Under the pieces are notes generated by a model, which saw only the letters and a list, made by a program, of their open reading frames with translations, had not been told where the DNA came from and searched no databases. The position numbers were made by a program, and so were the translations under genes. Shown one piece after another: positions 47,836-58,354 of a stretch of DNA of 64,000 bases. Every line of letters starts with the position of its first letter. Position 1 is the first letter of the stretch. The DNA lies in the sequence record MT710307.1; one strand, 5' to 3'.

Positions 47836-48711
47836 TTAGGCCAGCTGGTTCGCTTTCTGTTCTTCGGAAACAGAGTTGAAACCACCCGCAGTCGCTTGGA
47901 CATCCGGGTTGATACCATCGTACTGCTGAGACGGAGTCAGCCACAGCTTACGCGTCATAGGACGCAGGCCGTAGAGCTTCATACGTTCCAGTTCAGACTG
48001 AGCGGCCTGCATCGGACCCCAACCCGTCCATTGCTGGCTGGTGAAGGTGATGGACAGTTCGTTCGTCTGTGGACCGGCGTTCGGATCACGCTCACCGGTA
48101 TCCTGACCCGCAGTTTCAGGGATCATGTTGGTCAACCACCAGGCGTTCTGCGCTTTACGCTGATACGCATCCGGCTCAATGTACAGCACAGTAAGGCTAT
48201 ACATATCCGGCAGGTGGTCTGGCACGTTCGGGTTGATTGCCACAATACCCGGATGGCCGGTTTGTGGGTCACAGATCCCGTAGACCAGCCACGCGGCCAG
48301 CATGTTCTGGAACACTTTACCGTACTTATCAGGACTGGTGTGGGTCACAGAGGACTGTGCTTCCGTTACCAGACCGGCTTCGTACTGAATACGGTTGTTA
48401 CGACCCTGTTGGGTCTGAACCGCTTCGTGGCTCAGTGTTTTATCCAGACCGGTGATGGTGGTGTGGACTTCGATGAAGGACTTAATAGCCTGACGCCACA
48501 GGGACGGGTTAGGCATGTAGTCCACCCAGCGCGGGAATTCCATGACGCGCGCGATAACGTTACGACGCAGGCGGTGGGCGTTCGTGACGAACTTACCGAC
48601 CTGTCCGACCGGGCCGTTCTGGCCCGATGCGAATGGGTTAACCATGTCGTAAGTACCACCGTCAAAGTGGAACCCCTGGTTGGGTTGAATCAAACGATCT
48701 TTGATAGCCAT
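47836..48711 (-). CDS. Tail tube protein
   Basis: 291 aa directly downstream of the sheath gene, in the phiKZ-like sheath-tube order. Confidence 0.8.
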   Translation of the reverse strand: MAIKDRLIQPNQGFHFDGGTYDMVNPFASGQNGPVGQVGKFVTNAHRLRRNVIARVMEFPRWVDYMPNPSLWRQAIKSFIEVHTTITGLDKTLSHEAVQTQQGRNNRIQYEAGLVTEAQSSVTHTSPDKYGKVFQNMLAAWLVYGICDPQTGHPGIVAINPNVPDHLPDMYSLTVLYIEPDAYQRKAQNAWWLTNMIPETAGQDTGERDPNAGPQTNELSITFTSQQWTGWGPMQAAQSELERMKLYGLRPMTRKLWLTPSQQYDGINPDVQATAGGFNSVSEEQKANQLA

Positions 48712-48714
48712 TTA

Positions 48715-50757
48715 TCAGCTCTCCCGACGGTAGACTTTGATAGTGGTGTTGACCTGAGTCAGCAGCACGCCACCGTAAGCAAGCAGATCCAGCGTTACAG
48801 AGTAACCGTTCGATTTGTCTTCTGCGGTGAAGTACGCTTTCGGTACAATATCCGCGATACCGTCCAGACGACCTTCCAGCGCTTCGATAATCTTATCTTC
48901 CAGCATCTTCGCGCGTTCCGCATCGGTCATGCGGTCTTCACCCGACATTGCCGCCCACACACGGTCAGAGACACGGTAGACGTAAGCCATGATGAAGTTG
49001 AACATCGCGTTGTTCAGGACAGATCGTTCTTCGTTGTAGATGGACTGAATCGCCGGGATGAAGTCACGGTAGTAGTCGTAGCTACGCGCAGTGATCAGGG
49101 ACACGTCCCAGTCAGAAGCGTACACGTCCATACCTTTCCACGGCATACTCAGGTCAGTCAGGTCGGTGATAATGGTGAGTTCGCCACGACCGAAACGTTT
49201 CTCCGGTTTAGCGTAACCATTGCCTGCACCCAGATATTGCGAGAACATGTTCGCCAGGGTGTAGTTCATCGGCACCGGCTTCTTGTAAGAGGAGCCGCGG
49301 ATGAATGCAGATTGACCGGTGACCATACCACGCGATGCTGGGGTACCGTATTTCACGGACTCCGGCACGGAGGTGATCATCTCAATCAGGGCCACCTTCG
49401 CACTCTCCTCCGTTTGGAGGTCGTTGCGGCCTTCGTTATAAACGTGGGTCGCCAGAGTGAGGAAGGTATTGCGTGACTTACCGATAAAGTTCACACAAGC
49501 CGATTTGGTGTCGAAGCTGAAACCGGAGTCCCAGAAACAACCCAGTGAGTATTTCAGTTCGTTGTCGTAACGAACTTGGCCACGGTCTGGGAACAGCAGC
49601 ATTTCGCGACGAACGAGTTCATCGAATGCATCGTTACCCATCGTGCCATCGGAGCCGCCCTGTAGGAAGTGAATGTTGCTGCTGCCGAAGACCGCTTTAC
49701 CGGTTTCCGTTGCAGGGTTCACTTGCAGACCGTCGTACGGCTGGCCAATCAGATCCAGACCACCGAAGATATCGATGAGATATTTATCGGTAGGTGCGTT
49801 CGTCATGCTACCCGCAGCCAGGTCAAGCACGGCTTCAAGTTGGTCATGATAAACGTGGAACGTTTTGAACGGGCCGTAGTTTGGCAGCTCGCCAACGTCC
49901 GGGCTAACCTTACGGTAAGCATCGGCAACAACCACTTCGAAGTCCAGCTGCGTTCTCATCGGCTGATAGTATGCGTCAGGTAAGAAACTGAAGTTCACAC
50001 TTGACATACTGTTCAGGGTCTTCCAGATTACCGCAGACGAGACACCTGCCAGCGTTTCAAACCACTGGAGGTTGTAAACACGTCCACCGACTTTCGTCTG
50101 GTAGGCCGAACCCAGTGCCGGAGAGGATTTCTCGCTCAACGGTACCAGTTTGAAACCGAAGCCGTTCGCATCAGCACCCGCGTAAGGCGCTTCAATATCG
50201 AACAGTGGGTACATCTTCGACTTCGCGCCGCCGTCACCGGTCAGCGTACCGTCGATAGGTACCGCAGCGCCGATGGCCGGACTGTTGCTGTCAATAACCA
50301 CGCTGCGCAGTACGATGAGCAGGCCATCAACCTGTGTCTCGATCTTCGCTTTACCGGTGTTATCGTACTGCACGGTGCCGCCAGCATCACGCACATACTT
50401 CGGCACTTTCGTGGCGAGTACGTCAGCGTAGAAGCGGATGGTCGCCGTCTTCGCGTCATCGGGGATAAGGCGCTGATACATCCCCTCGTTGGCGTTGGCA
50501 TTGAACATCGCCTGGTACGGTGTGTTGAACGTCGCGTATGGGCCGCGGAGATCGAAGATGCCTCGGCCCATTAAGTCGAGGGCGTTGTCGCCACTCAACG
50601 GGAACGCTTCGTCACCAACGCCGCGTGCGCCAAAGGTGAAGATCAGCGGCTTATGAATCGGGTCACCCGTAGGTGCCCTCACAAGGGCGGGTACGGAATT
50701 ATCTTCCATCCCTTCCTTGTAGTTCACGGGCGCGCCGTTACGTGGAATATAGCTCAT
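48715..50757 (-). CDS. Contractile tail sheath protein
   Basis: 680 aa with sheath-like C-terminal elements (FLQGGSDG, FWDSGF, YGTPASRG, F.AEDKSNGY) and position opposite the baseplate/terminase operon. Confidence 0.85.
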   Translation of the reverse strand: MSYIPRNGAPVNYKEGMEDNSVPALVRAPTGDPIHKPLIFTFGARGVGDEAFPLSGDNALDLMGRGIFDLRGPYATFNTPYQAMFNANANEGMYQRLIPDDAKTATIRFYADVLATKVPKYVRDAGGTVQYDNTGKAKIETQVDGLLIVLRSVVIDSNSPAIGAAVPIDGTLTGDGGAKSKMYPLFDIEAPYAGADANGFGFKLVPLSEKSSPALGSAYQTKVGGRVYNLQWFETLAGVSSAVIWKTLNSMSSVNFSFLPDAYYQPMRTQLDFEVVVADAYRKVSPDVGELPNYGPFKTFHVYHDQLEAVLDLAAGSMTNAPTDKYLIDIFGGLDLIGQPYDGLQVNPATETGKAVFGSSNIHFLQGGSDGTMGNDAFDELVRREMLLFPDRGQVRYDNELKYSLGCFWDSGFSFDTKSACVNFIGKSRNTFLTLATHVYNEGRNDLQTEESAKVALIEMITSVPESVKYGTPASRGMVTGQSAFIRGSSYKKPVPMNYTLANMFSQYLGAGNGYAKPEKRFGRGELTIITDLTDLSMPWKGMDVYASDWDVSLITARSYDYYRDFIPAIQSIYNEERSVLNNAMFNFIMAYVYRVSDRVWAAMSGEDRMTDAERAKMLEDKIIEALEGRLDGIADIVPKAYFTAEDKSNGYSVTLDLLAYGGVLLTQVNTTIKVYRRES

Positions 50758-50796
50758 GGAACATCTCCATAAATTCGTCTTTTAAGACCAAACGGT

Positions 50797-50805
50797 CATA
50801 CTAAG
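50797..50805 (-). promoter_or_regulatory. Putative late promoter (CTTAGTATG)
   Basis: Same 9-mer as 9364-9372, about 40 nt upstream of the sheath start. Confidence 0.45.
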
Positions 50806-50815
50806 GTATCAACTC

Positions 50816-51724
50816 ATGGCACTTGAAAACGCTTACACAGGCAACGTCTTCCGTAGCTTTGACCTGAATTCACTCGCAGCCAGTATTGAACTGGCACGTA
50901 AACTCAACCAAACAGTCGCTCAATCTGACGAGGTTCACTACGTTGTTGAGACAGCCGATGTAAAATCGTTTCCTTTACCGATTGTTATCGGCGACGACGT
51001 GTATGTAGATGCACGCACGTTTACCTCATTGGACAGAAACAATGAGCTAAAAATTCGAAACCCAATCGAACACGCATTGCGTCTCGATCAGGCTCGTTGG
51101 GAATTAGTGTGGAAACGAAACAATAGTCGGCTCGGTGCTTTGATGGCACAGCTTCCATACCACCATGAGATTTATAGCAAATGGGTAGGCGATGCGATTA
51201 CGCATGCGTACGCACTCACTCCATATCAAAGCGGGCAAATCCGCGCAGCGGCCGCTTTGTTCTCTGTTGGTCAGTTCTACAACAACTTCGAAGATGAGAT
51301 GAAGATGCTGCGTTTGCAGCAGGAATTGTCCCGTCAGCTGGGTACGCCGTTTGAGATGTTCGAGGCCATTACTGGTCACACTGACTACCTCTTCCCGCGC
51401 AATGTCGAAGAGTTCGTTGAGATGGTGAAACTTGCTGACATCACCCCACGCCTGAACGACTTTAGCGTGCTGGCATTGCAGCAGATGCTGAACACCAGTT
51501 TCTTCGGGATTAGCTATGAGAAGCAATTGTGTACCAGTGCGCTGGAATACCCACCTTCTCTGCTGGTCATGATTCGTGCTTCGCTGGAGAACAACATGTT
51601 CAACCGTTCTCGTCTGGGTGGCACGATTAAGAAGTCTGACACCGCGAAGAAGAAAGACAAGTTCTTGTTCACGTACGAACTCATCATGAACCAGAACACC
51701 AAACCCACTAACATCAAAGGTTAA
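50816..51724 (+). CDS. Probable virion structural protein
   Basis: 302 aa, first gene of the operon ending in terminase. Confidence 0.65.
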   Translation: MALENAYTGNVFRSFDLNSLAASIELARKLNQTVAQSDEVHYVVETADVKSFPLPIVIGDDVYVDARTFTSLDRNNELKIRNPIEHALRLDQARWELVWKRNNSRLGALMAQLPYHHEIYSKWVGDAITHAYALTPYQSGQIRAAAALFSVGQFYNNFEDEMKMLRLQQELSRQLGTPFEMFEAITGHTDYLFPRNVEEFVEMVKLADITPRLNDFSVLALQQMLNTSFFGISYEKQLCTSALEYPPSLLVMIRASLENNMFNRSRLGGTIKKSDTAKKKDKFLFTYELIMNQNTKPTNIKG

Positions 51725-51735
51725 GAGGTTCCATT

Positions 51736-54261
51736 ATGGAGAACTGGCTGGTCGCCCACGCGGTTGACAACGCTTGGCAGCGTCCGAACCTTGATCGGGC
51801 ACTGATTATTGAACCGTATCGTATCACGCCAAAAACCGGCGCGACCGGCTTTGTCCGTAACGGGCCTGTGTCTGTATCTTTACCCGACGCAGGTTGGTGG
51901 CACGCATACGTGGTGGATAAACTCCACATGAACTGGGGGAACCTCAACATTCCCCCGAACCGTTGGAAACGGGTATCTGCCTGCGTGAATGCGTTCAGTA
52001 CCTTCATGCAGCTGTACAACGAAAACGGGAAAACCTTCCCGGTGACGAACGCGTTTGTCATGCGTCGTGATACCGGAGAAATCCTGTTAGCGATTCCACA
52101 GACCGACCGTTACAGCTGGCTGGATACCGACGACATCTACTGGCGTATCTTCCCCGGCTACACTGGCACGGTGGTGGCGAAACAAGTGCACCCGACGTTT
52201 GTCGAGTTCTTTGAAACGCCCAATGCCAACAAAATCAAAGATGCCATCGACCGCTACAATTCACTGGTCGGCCTGAACAACGGCTATGTGAGTTTCTGGG
52301 TCAACGGCTCGCTGATTATCAACCCGACTCCGGCGGATATCTCGACGTGGGACGATGTTGAGATTATGGTGGATGGGCGTGGGATTCGTGTGGTGGATTT
52401 CCGCTGTGGGGATTTACCGACCTTCCAGTCGACACTGGATGGAAAACGTAAGTACCTGCTTCACTTCCCGAAAACTGCGGACATGGTGTGGATTTTCAAC
52501 AACGACGTTGAGATTCAAATCCTGAACGGGCGCGAGGGACGTTACTACCACCGTCATCGTCATCTGGCCATTCGTCAGGTCACGTTCAACGACATCAGCA
52601 TTCCGACGGAACGACTGAGCCAATTGCGTAACGCTTTCAGCAAACCGATTACCGACTTGGATGACGTGATTATCCGTGTGGTTATCCGTGAAGACTACCT
52701 TGCGATGGCTCCGCTGTTCAATGCCAGTCATATCCACGACCTGTATAAGATGCCGGACAGCGACATCATTGCAGCGATGGTTGGGGCTAACGCTACTGTG
52801 CCTGAGTGGACGGCGAAGGTGTTGGAAAATGCCGCCTTTAATAAAGTGGCTGCGGCGAAGATGTCGAACATCACTCGCGATCTGGCAACGGACGCTTACG
52901 GGTATAATGCGGTAACGCGTTACGCGGCTGACACACCACAGAAGCTGAGACTGGATAACGGGAAGTGGACAGCAACGCTGCCTGACCTGTTGGCCTCACG
53001 GTCAGTGGTTTATGAATACGACTCGACAGGGAAAATGCTCGGTTGTTACCCGAACCGGAACGCGGCAGTCTACACGGCGAAGAACGCTACCGCCCGCTAC
53101 ATCGAGGGGATTGCAGGTGATGTTGATACGGCGATGAACATCACGGACAACGCACCCGATTTCACCATCGCGGAAGGGGAAAACGTTGCGCTGTGGGTTC
53201 GTAAGGTGGTCAGTGGTGTCGGCACCAATGAATACACCGAGGCGGTAGAAGGGACGGACTACAAGCGGGAAGGTAACGCCATCCGGTGGAACGTTGACCG
53301 CACACGCCGTTGGCCAACTGTCGTGCGTGACGACCGTCACTTGTTCTTCAGTCAGACCGTGAACGTCAAAGAAGGCCAATTGCGCATCCCGATTCTGGGG
53401 CGTTCAAACAGCGAACCGATTCGTACGTTGTGGACACCGATGGAAACCGTGGAGGTTTGGTTAAACAAACGGCCGCTGGTCTTTGGGATTGACTACGTCG
53501 TTATCTGGCCAGAGATTGTGATTGTTTGCAAAGTCTGGGCCAGTGATACCGACGAGAACGTGGTGGATATTCGTGCCCGTGGTGTAACCGGTAAACTGCA
53601 TGTGCCGAAGACCGGGTTTGTTTCCAGCGGGTTACTGTCTAACAACAGTCACTTCGACGTGCGTGACGATAAGGTCATTCGTATCGTTGCCGGGGGCCGT
53701 ATCCTGACCCGTAACGAAGTGGTCTTCCGTGAAGACAACACCGTGGGTACCGATGTCGTGCCGGACGGGTTCCCCTTCTCAGTGGATGACCCAACAGTGC
53801 CACTGCGGACACTCATCACCGGGGACACGTATGCGTTACGCGATGTATCACGCGACATCGATGCGCGTACCGAGGATTATCTGTCGGCTTGGTATCCAAC
53901 CCCGCCACCGGTCAATCCGGTACCGTTGAAAAGCTGGTATCATCTCTACAGCCCACTGTTGAACAAAGTGCTGTGGGATTACAAGCAAGGGTACCTCCAT
54001 TTGGTAGAAGACGATCCGGAATACCGGATTTCGACTTCACAGCTGGACATCGTCATGGAGGGTTATCTTGACCTGCTGAACTTTGACCCGGCATTCATTG
54101 GCTACGATAAAGCCTTTGTGCGTGTGCACCCGCATTCGCAATACCAGGTTGTAGAGGTTGATGAATTGGGCTTTGCTTTCATGGACCGTGTGAATCAACG
54201 GTATCTGAAAGGTGAGGTGCAACTTAACCAGTATCTGAAAATCAAAGGTTCTAAAGCATGA
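51736..54261 (+). CDS. Probable baseplate/virion structural protein
   Basis: 841 aa, beta-rich, in phiKZ-like synteny. Confidence 0.65.
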   Translation: MENWLVAHAVDNAWQRPNLDRALIIEPYRITPKTGATGFVRNGPVSVSLPDAGWWHAYVVDKLHMNWGNLNIPPNRWKRVSACVNAFSTFMQLYNENGKTFPVTNAFVMRRDTGEILLAIPQTDRYSWLDTDDIYWRIFPGYTGTVVAKQVHPTFVEFFETPNANKIKDAIDRYNSLVGLNNGYVSFWVNGSLIINPTPADISTWDDVEIMVDGRGIRVVDFRCGDLPTFQSTLDGKRKYLLHFPKTADMVWIFNNDVEIQILNGREGRYYHRHRHLAIRQVTFNDISIPTERLSQLRNAFSKPITDLDDVIIRVVIREDYLAMAPLFNASHIHDLYKMPDSDIIAAMVGANATVPEWTAKVLENAAFNKVAAAKMSNITRDLATDAYGYNAVTRYAADTPQKLRLDNGKWTATLPDLLASRSVVYEYDSTGKMLGCYPNRNAAVYTAKNATARYIEGIAGDVDTAMNITDNAPDFTIAEGENVALWVRKVVSGVGTNEYTEAVEGTDYKREGNAIRWNVDRTRRWPTVVRDDRHLFFSQTVNVKEGQLRIPILGRSNSEPIRTLWTPMETVEVWLNKRPLVFGIDYVVIWPEIVIVCKVWASDTDENVVDIRARGVTGKLHVPKTGFVSSGLLSNNSHFDVRDDKVIRIVAGGRILTRNEVVFREDNTVGTDVVPDGFPFSVDDPTVPLRTLITGDTYALRDVSRDIDARTEDYLSAWYPTPPPVNPVPLKSWYHLYSPLLNKVLWDYKQGYLHLVEDDPEYRISTSQLDIVMEGYLDLLNFDPAFIGYDKAFVRVHPHSQYQVVEVDELGFAFMDRVNQRYLKGEVQLNQYLKIKGSKA

Positions 54262-55898
54262 CCACTTTATTGACTGATCTTATCGACAGAGACCGCGGCT
54301 TTCGCGTCTGGGGGGAAGGTGACCTCTATGACGAGAAGAAAGGCACCGGCTTTGTCCCCAATCCAAAAGACTGGATTGTACACGACAACAACATTGTTGA
54401 GCGTGTCTTAACGGTGAACTACGCAACCCCGTCATGGACGGTGGAAGTGATAAACGCCATTCCGGTGAAGAACACGGACAAGATTAACGGGGGTCACTAC
54501 CCGCTGCGTTCGGACAAATACCGTGTCTATTTCGACACCACGAAAAACCCAGCGACCATGGTGGTGGATAACAACATCACCTTCAACGGGCCGGACGTGG
54601 ACGGGATTCGCATCTTCCGTGGGACGGACATTTCGGACAACGGGGAAATTCTGTCAGGCTTCTACAAAAACGGACGCCTTGACAAGAACTACCTGCCGAT
54701 GCAGACCATCTCCAAGGACGGTGTCGAGACCGTGGTCAAATCACCCCTGCCGGGCAGTCTGTTAGCGCCGGTGGAACACGGTGAGCAGTTCAGCTACGTC
54801 GTTTATGCCGATTCCGGAGACATCATCGAAATCGGTACCGGGTACTTCATCAAGACCAACCTCGTCATGCCGCAAGACACGTCGAGCCGTCAGATTCTCG
54901 ACATCAAACTGGTGTCGCCGTTCATCGTGGATGACAACGGTACCGTGTTAACGTTGCCAATTAACATCCCGCTGGATTCTATCCCGCTGTCGGTTGTGGT
55001 GAAATACTCCGACGGTGAGAAGAAGATGAACATCGACGGTTCTCGCGTCATTCTGAACGGGATTCGTAATGCCGGTTCTCACGATACGTATTACCTCTCG
55101 ACCAATGCCGGTAACGAGCTGCCACTGACGCTCAGTTATCTGCTGGCCAAAGGGGAAACGTACTTTGGGGACAACCTCATCAACGGGACAATCTTCAAAG
55201 ATTATACCGCGGTGACGGAAACGGTGGACGGGGCGTACTCGATGAAACTGTTTGTGGTACCGAAGTGGCTGAACGCCAACCAAGGTTACCGCCTCCAGTA
55301 TTACCTGTACAACCTGACCCGTGGACAGGTTTACGACGCCACTGCGGCGTGCACGTTGACCGGCGGACAAGCGTTTGACCCAATGCTGTACGGTGTCAAG
55401 CAGCGTCTGAATGTCCAGTGTGACATCTCCAAAGTGGATGCGAAGTTCCGTGCGTTTATTCAGGCACAGTCCTTCTCCATCACGCTGGTCAATCCGGGTA
55501 CTGAACTGAACACGAACTACTTCCTCGAATATCTGCCTGATGGGCTGAAGTACGGTGAAGGCATTTGGGCCACGTTCAAATACTCGAACGTTAACTACTC
55601 GGAAATCGATGTACGTTGTGGTAAAGCGACAAAAGCCGAATGGCTGGCCGCGCTCTACGACCCATCCTATCCGCTGTATGACCGTCGTAACGAATCCGGC
55701 CCGCTGGAGCCGACCCACTTCGAAATCCACGTCGGTGGACAAGTGGTGACAGCATCTGTCGATGACTGGATGAGTGCCAAGGTTGTGAACTACAAAGTGG
55801 CGCTTGACGATACGCTGGTGATTCGCTGGTTACGCCGTACACCAACGGACACCCTGCAACTCGCTTGCTCCCCGATGTTGGCACACAACATCAGCTAA
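54258..55898 (+). CDS. Probable baseplate/virion structural protein
   Basis: 546 aa, ATGA-coupled, upstream of terminase. Confidence 0.65.
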   Translation: MTTLLTDLIDRDRGFRVWGEGDLYDEKKGTGFVPNPKDWIVHDNNIVERVLTVNYATPSWTVEVINAIPVKNTDKINGGHYPLRSDKYRVYFDTTKNPATMVVDNNITFNGPDVDGIRIFRGTDISDNGEILSGFYKNGRLDKNYLPMQTISKDGVETVVKSPLPGSLLAPVEHGEQFSYVVYADSGDIIEIGTGYFIKTNLVMPQDTSSRQILDIKLVSPFIVDDNGTVLTLPINIPLDSIPLSVVVKYSDGEKKMNIDGSRVILNGIRNAGSHDTYYLSTNAGNELPLTLSYLLAKGETYFGDNLINGTIFKDYTAVTETVDGAYSMKLFVVPKWLNANQGYRLQYYLYNLTRGQVYDATAACTLTGGQAFDPMLYGVKQRLNVQCDISKVDAKFRAFIQAQSFSITLVNPGTELNTNYFLEYLPDGLKYGEGIWATFKYSNVNYSEIDVRCGKATKAEWLAALYDPSYPLYDRRNESGPLEPTHFEIHVGGQVVTASVDDWMSAKVVNYKVALDDTLVIRWLRRTPTDTLQLACSPMLAHNIS

Positions 55899-55940
55899 CA
55901 CCTTCCTCCTCCCCGGTTGGGGAGGAGGCTAGGAGGAACC

Positions 55941-58052
55941 ATGATATTACGTGAACGTGATTGGGGTTTCTATCCGGGCGCTTTAGCGGATGACACCACC
56001 AAGAACAAACACTTTATGTATTTCGCCGACACCCTCAAAGGGCTCGGTGTAAAGCACTGGTATTTGCATCTTGCACTTCTCGACCCGGAACTGCAAGGTG
56101 TTGATCCGCACGACCCACACCTGACTGTTGAGCAACAGGCGCGTGTGATTGCAGAATGTGCACGTAACCCATGGTACTACATCCGTGAATGCCTGCGCGT
56201 TCCTGCGGATGGTACTGACGGTGTACCCTTTAAGATTGACCGCGGTAACTTTGCGATGTTTTGGATTTTCTTCAATAACATCGACGTGGCCATCGAGTTC
56301 CTTCGTCAGCATGGTAAGACCGTCGGGATGTGTTCGCTCCTGAGTTGGCTGCTGCGTTTCCTTGAGAAGTCACGTACGATTCTGGTCACCAAAGGGCCGG
56401 TACTGCGTGAGGAAACCATCACCAAACTGAAAGAGCTGCGCAACTGCCTGCCGAAATACCTGTGGCCTATCCACCCGGATGACCCTGACAACAAAGAAGC
56501 TTTTGCGTGTATGGCGCAGGGCAACAAACTGATTACTGCGATTGGTCAGAACGACGAACAATCTGCAAACGGTGTGGGCCGTGGTTTAACCGCCGGTCGT
56601 CTGTTCTCGGATGAGGGCCCCTTCACCAACAACATCCACATCATTCTTCCGGCCGCACTGGCATCCGGTACGGCTGCCCGTAACATCAACGAAGAATCCG
56701 GTGTGCCTTACGGTAACGTGTTCGCAACAACGCCTGGTGACCTGGCTACCCCAGAAGGCCAGTACATGTACGAACTGATGACCTCCGGGATTAACTGGGA
56801 CGAGCGTTACATCGACATCCCAACCCGTCAGCAGTTGATTGACATGATTCGACACAACTCCACGTCGAAGATGCCACGTATCATGTTCTACGCGAAGTTC
56901 AACCACCGTCAACTGGGTACCTCCGATGCGAAGCTCGCAGACATGATTGCGAACGCCACGGGTAGCCCAGACCAGATCCGCCGTGACTTCGGTGGTGAAT
57001 GGACAACCGGTGGTTTTAACAAACCGTTCTCCGGTGACGATGCGCGCCGTATGAACGGCTCACGTATGCGTGCGACGTACAAGGACATCAGTCCGGCCAA
57101 CTACATCACCGATTGGTATTACGATGAAATGGAAATGGCGACCAAACTCCATGACCGCCACATCATCGGATTGGATACCTCGGAAGCGGTTGGTCGAGAT
57201 GCGATAGCCATGTCGATTGTCAACTCGGTAACGGCAGAGTATGCCGGGAAGATGACCGTGAACGAAACCAACGTCATTGGCTTTGCCATTCACTTGGCGG
57301 ACTTCATGGAGCGGTTCCCGAACACGGTACTTATCCTCGAACGTAAGTCGACCGGTTCATCGGTTGCGGATGCAATCATTCTTCAATTGCAGTCTCGCGT
57401 CCGTGACTTGCACCGTCGTCTGTATGTCAGGATAACGGACACCAACAGCCGTAACGACGATTTGTATAAGGAGTATGCTCGCGGGCCAGCAGGCGGTAAC
57501 GCTGAACGGTTCTGGGACAAATTCCGTAAGTACATCGGCTTCACTACGGATGGTGATAAACGTCGGAAATTATATGGTGAGGTCTTCACCATGGCTCTCC
57601 GTTTATCAGCCCACTTATTACGCAGTGGTGAACTCATCGACCAAATCCTTGGTTTGGTGGAGCGCAGTGGACGTATTGACCACCAGAAATCCGGTCACGA
57701 TGACTTGGTCATTTCTTGGTTACTGGCAATGTGGCTGCTCTTGTTTGGTAAGAACCTGAACCACTATGGGATTACCAACAACCGGCTAATGATTCGAAAT
57801 CGCAATATCCTTGTAGGTGGAGATGTTACTGGAGACGAGGACGCGATGGTTGAAGAGGAGGAGAAGCAACAGCAACTGATGGGTGAGATTGAAGAAGTGA
57901 TGAAGCAAAGTGTGGGCGTGACGTGTCCTGTACGCCAAATGACCTTGCGTAATCGCCTCCAGTCCCTCATCGCTCAACTTAACACTGATATGCGAAACGT
58001 CGCATCGATGGAAAGCTTGAAAGAGCTTATCCAGCGCCAGAGGATGAAGTAA
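55941..58052 (+). CDS. terL: Terminase large subunit
   Basis: LRQHGKT (Walker A), LFSDEG (Walker B), FATTPG, and nuclease motifs GLDTSEAVGRD and HDDLVISW. AGGAGG RBS. Confidence 0.92.
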   Translation: MILRERDWGFYPGALADDTTKNKHFMYFADTLKGLGVKHWYLHLALLDPELQGVDPHDPHLTVEQQARVIAECARNPWYYIRECLRVPADGTDGVPFKIDRGNFAMFWIFFNNIDVAIEFLRQHGKTVGMCSLLSWLLRFLEKSRTILVTKGPVLREETITKLKELRNCLPKYLWPIHPDDPDNKEAFACMAQGNKLITAIGQNDEQSANGVGRGLTAGRLFSDEGPFTNNIHIILPAALASGTAARNINEESGVPYGNVFATTPGDLATPEGQYMYELMTSGINWDERYIDIPTRQQLIDMIRHNSTSKMPRIMFYAKFNHRQLGTSDAKLADMIANATGSPDQIRRDFGGEWTTGGFNKPFSGDDARRMNGSRMRATYKDISPANYITDWYYDEMEMATKLHDRHIIGLDTSEAVGRDAIAMSIVNSVTAEYAGKMTVNETNVIGFAIHLADFMERFPNTVLILERKSTGSSVADAIILQLQSRVRDLHRRLYVRITDTNSRNDDLYKEYARGPAGGNAERFWDKFRKYIGFTTDGDKRRKLYGEVFTMALRLSAHLLRSGELIDQILGLVERSGRIDHQKSGHDDLVISWLLAMWLLLFGKNLNHYGITNNRLMIRNRNILVGGDVTGDEDAMVEEEEKQQQLMGEIEEVMKQSVGVTCPVRQMTLRNRLQSLIAQLNTDMRNVASMESLKELIQRQRMK

Positions 58053-58279
58053 TGACTCAACTCTTTTATTTAGCGGTAGCAATAGTTTGGATCGCCATGT
58101 TTGTGTCCATACACCACATTCACGGCGTTGTTAAACAACATGCCATTCAGAACAATCTCTCCACGATGGTCTTGCTTCGATCGCAAGCCTTTGCGATTAC
58201 CGGGATGATTGTGCTGGGTGCCATCGCGACATCAGGGATGCATTACGTTTATACACTACACCAACTCTCGGTTCTGTAA
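58052..58279 (+). CDS. Small two-TM membrane protein
   Basis: 75 aa with two hydrophobic helices, TAATG-coupled to terL. Confidence 0.65.
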   Translation: MTQLFYLAVAIVWIAMFVSIHHIHGVVKQHAIQNNLSTMVLLRSQAFAITGMIVLGAIATSGMHYVYTLHQLSVL

Positions 58280-58297
58280 GTCCGTCTGCTGGCAAGA

Positions 58298-58354
58298 TAA
58301 AAAAGAATAGGCACCTACCCCCAAAAGGAGTAGGTGCCGTTCTTTTATTTTTTT
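58298..58354. terminator. Bidirectional intrinsic terminator
   Basis: GGCACCTACCCCC-AAAA-GGAGTAGGTGCC with A- and T-tracts between convergent genes. Confidence 0.8.

Noticed and set aside
47896-49476. 526-aa + strand ORF antisense to tail tube/sheath
   Set aside because: It is a mirror-frame ORF caused by strong codon bias in highly expressed genes. It has no RBS and no recognisable motifs. The same applies to 9546-10298, 19780-20826, 54948-55742 and the many other shadow ORFs.
55941-58052. Inteins or introns in terminase and RNAP genes
   Set aside because: The ORFs are continuous, their sizes match the expected uninterrupted proteins, and no splicing or LAGLIDADG/HNH motifs were seen.
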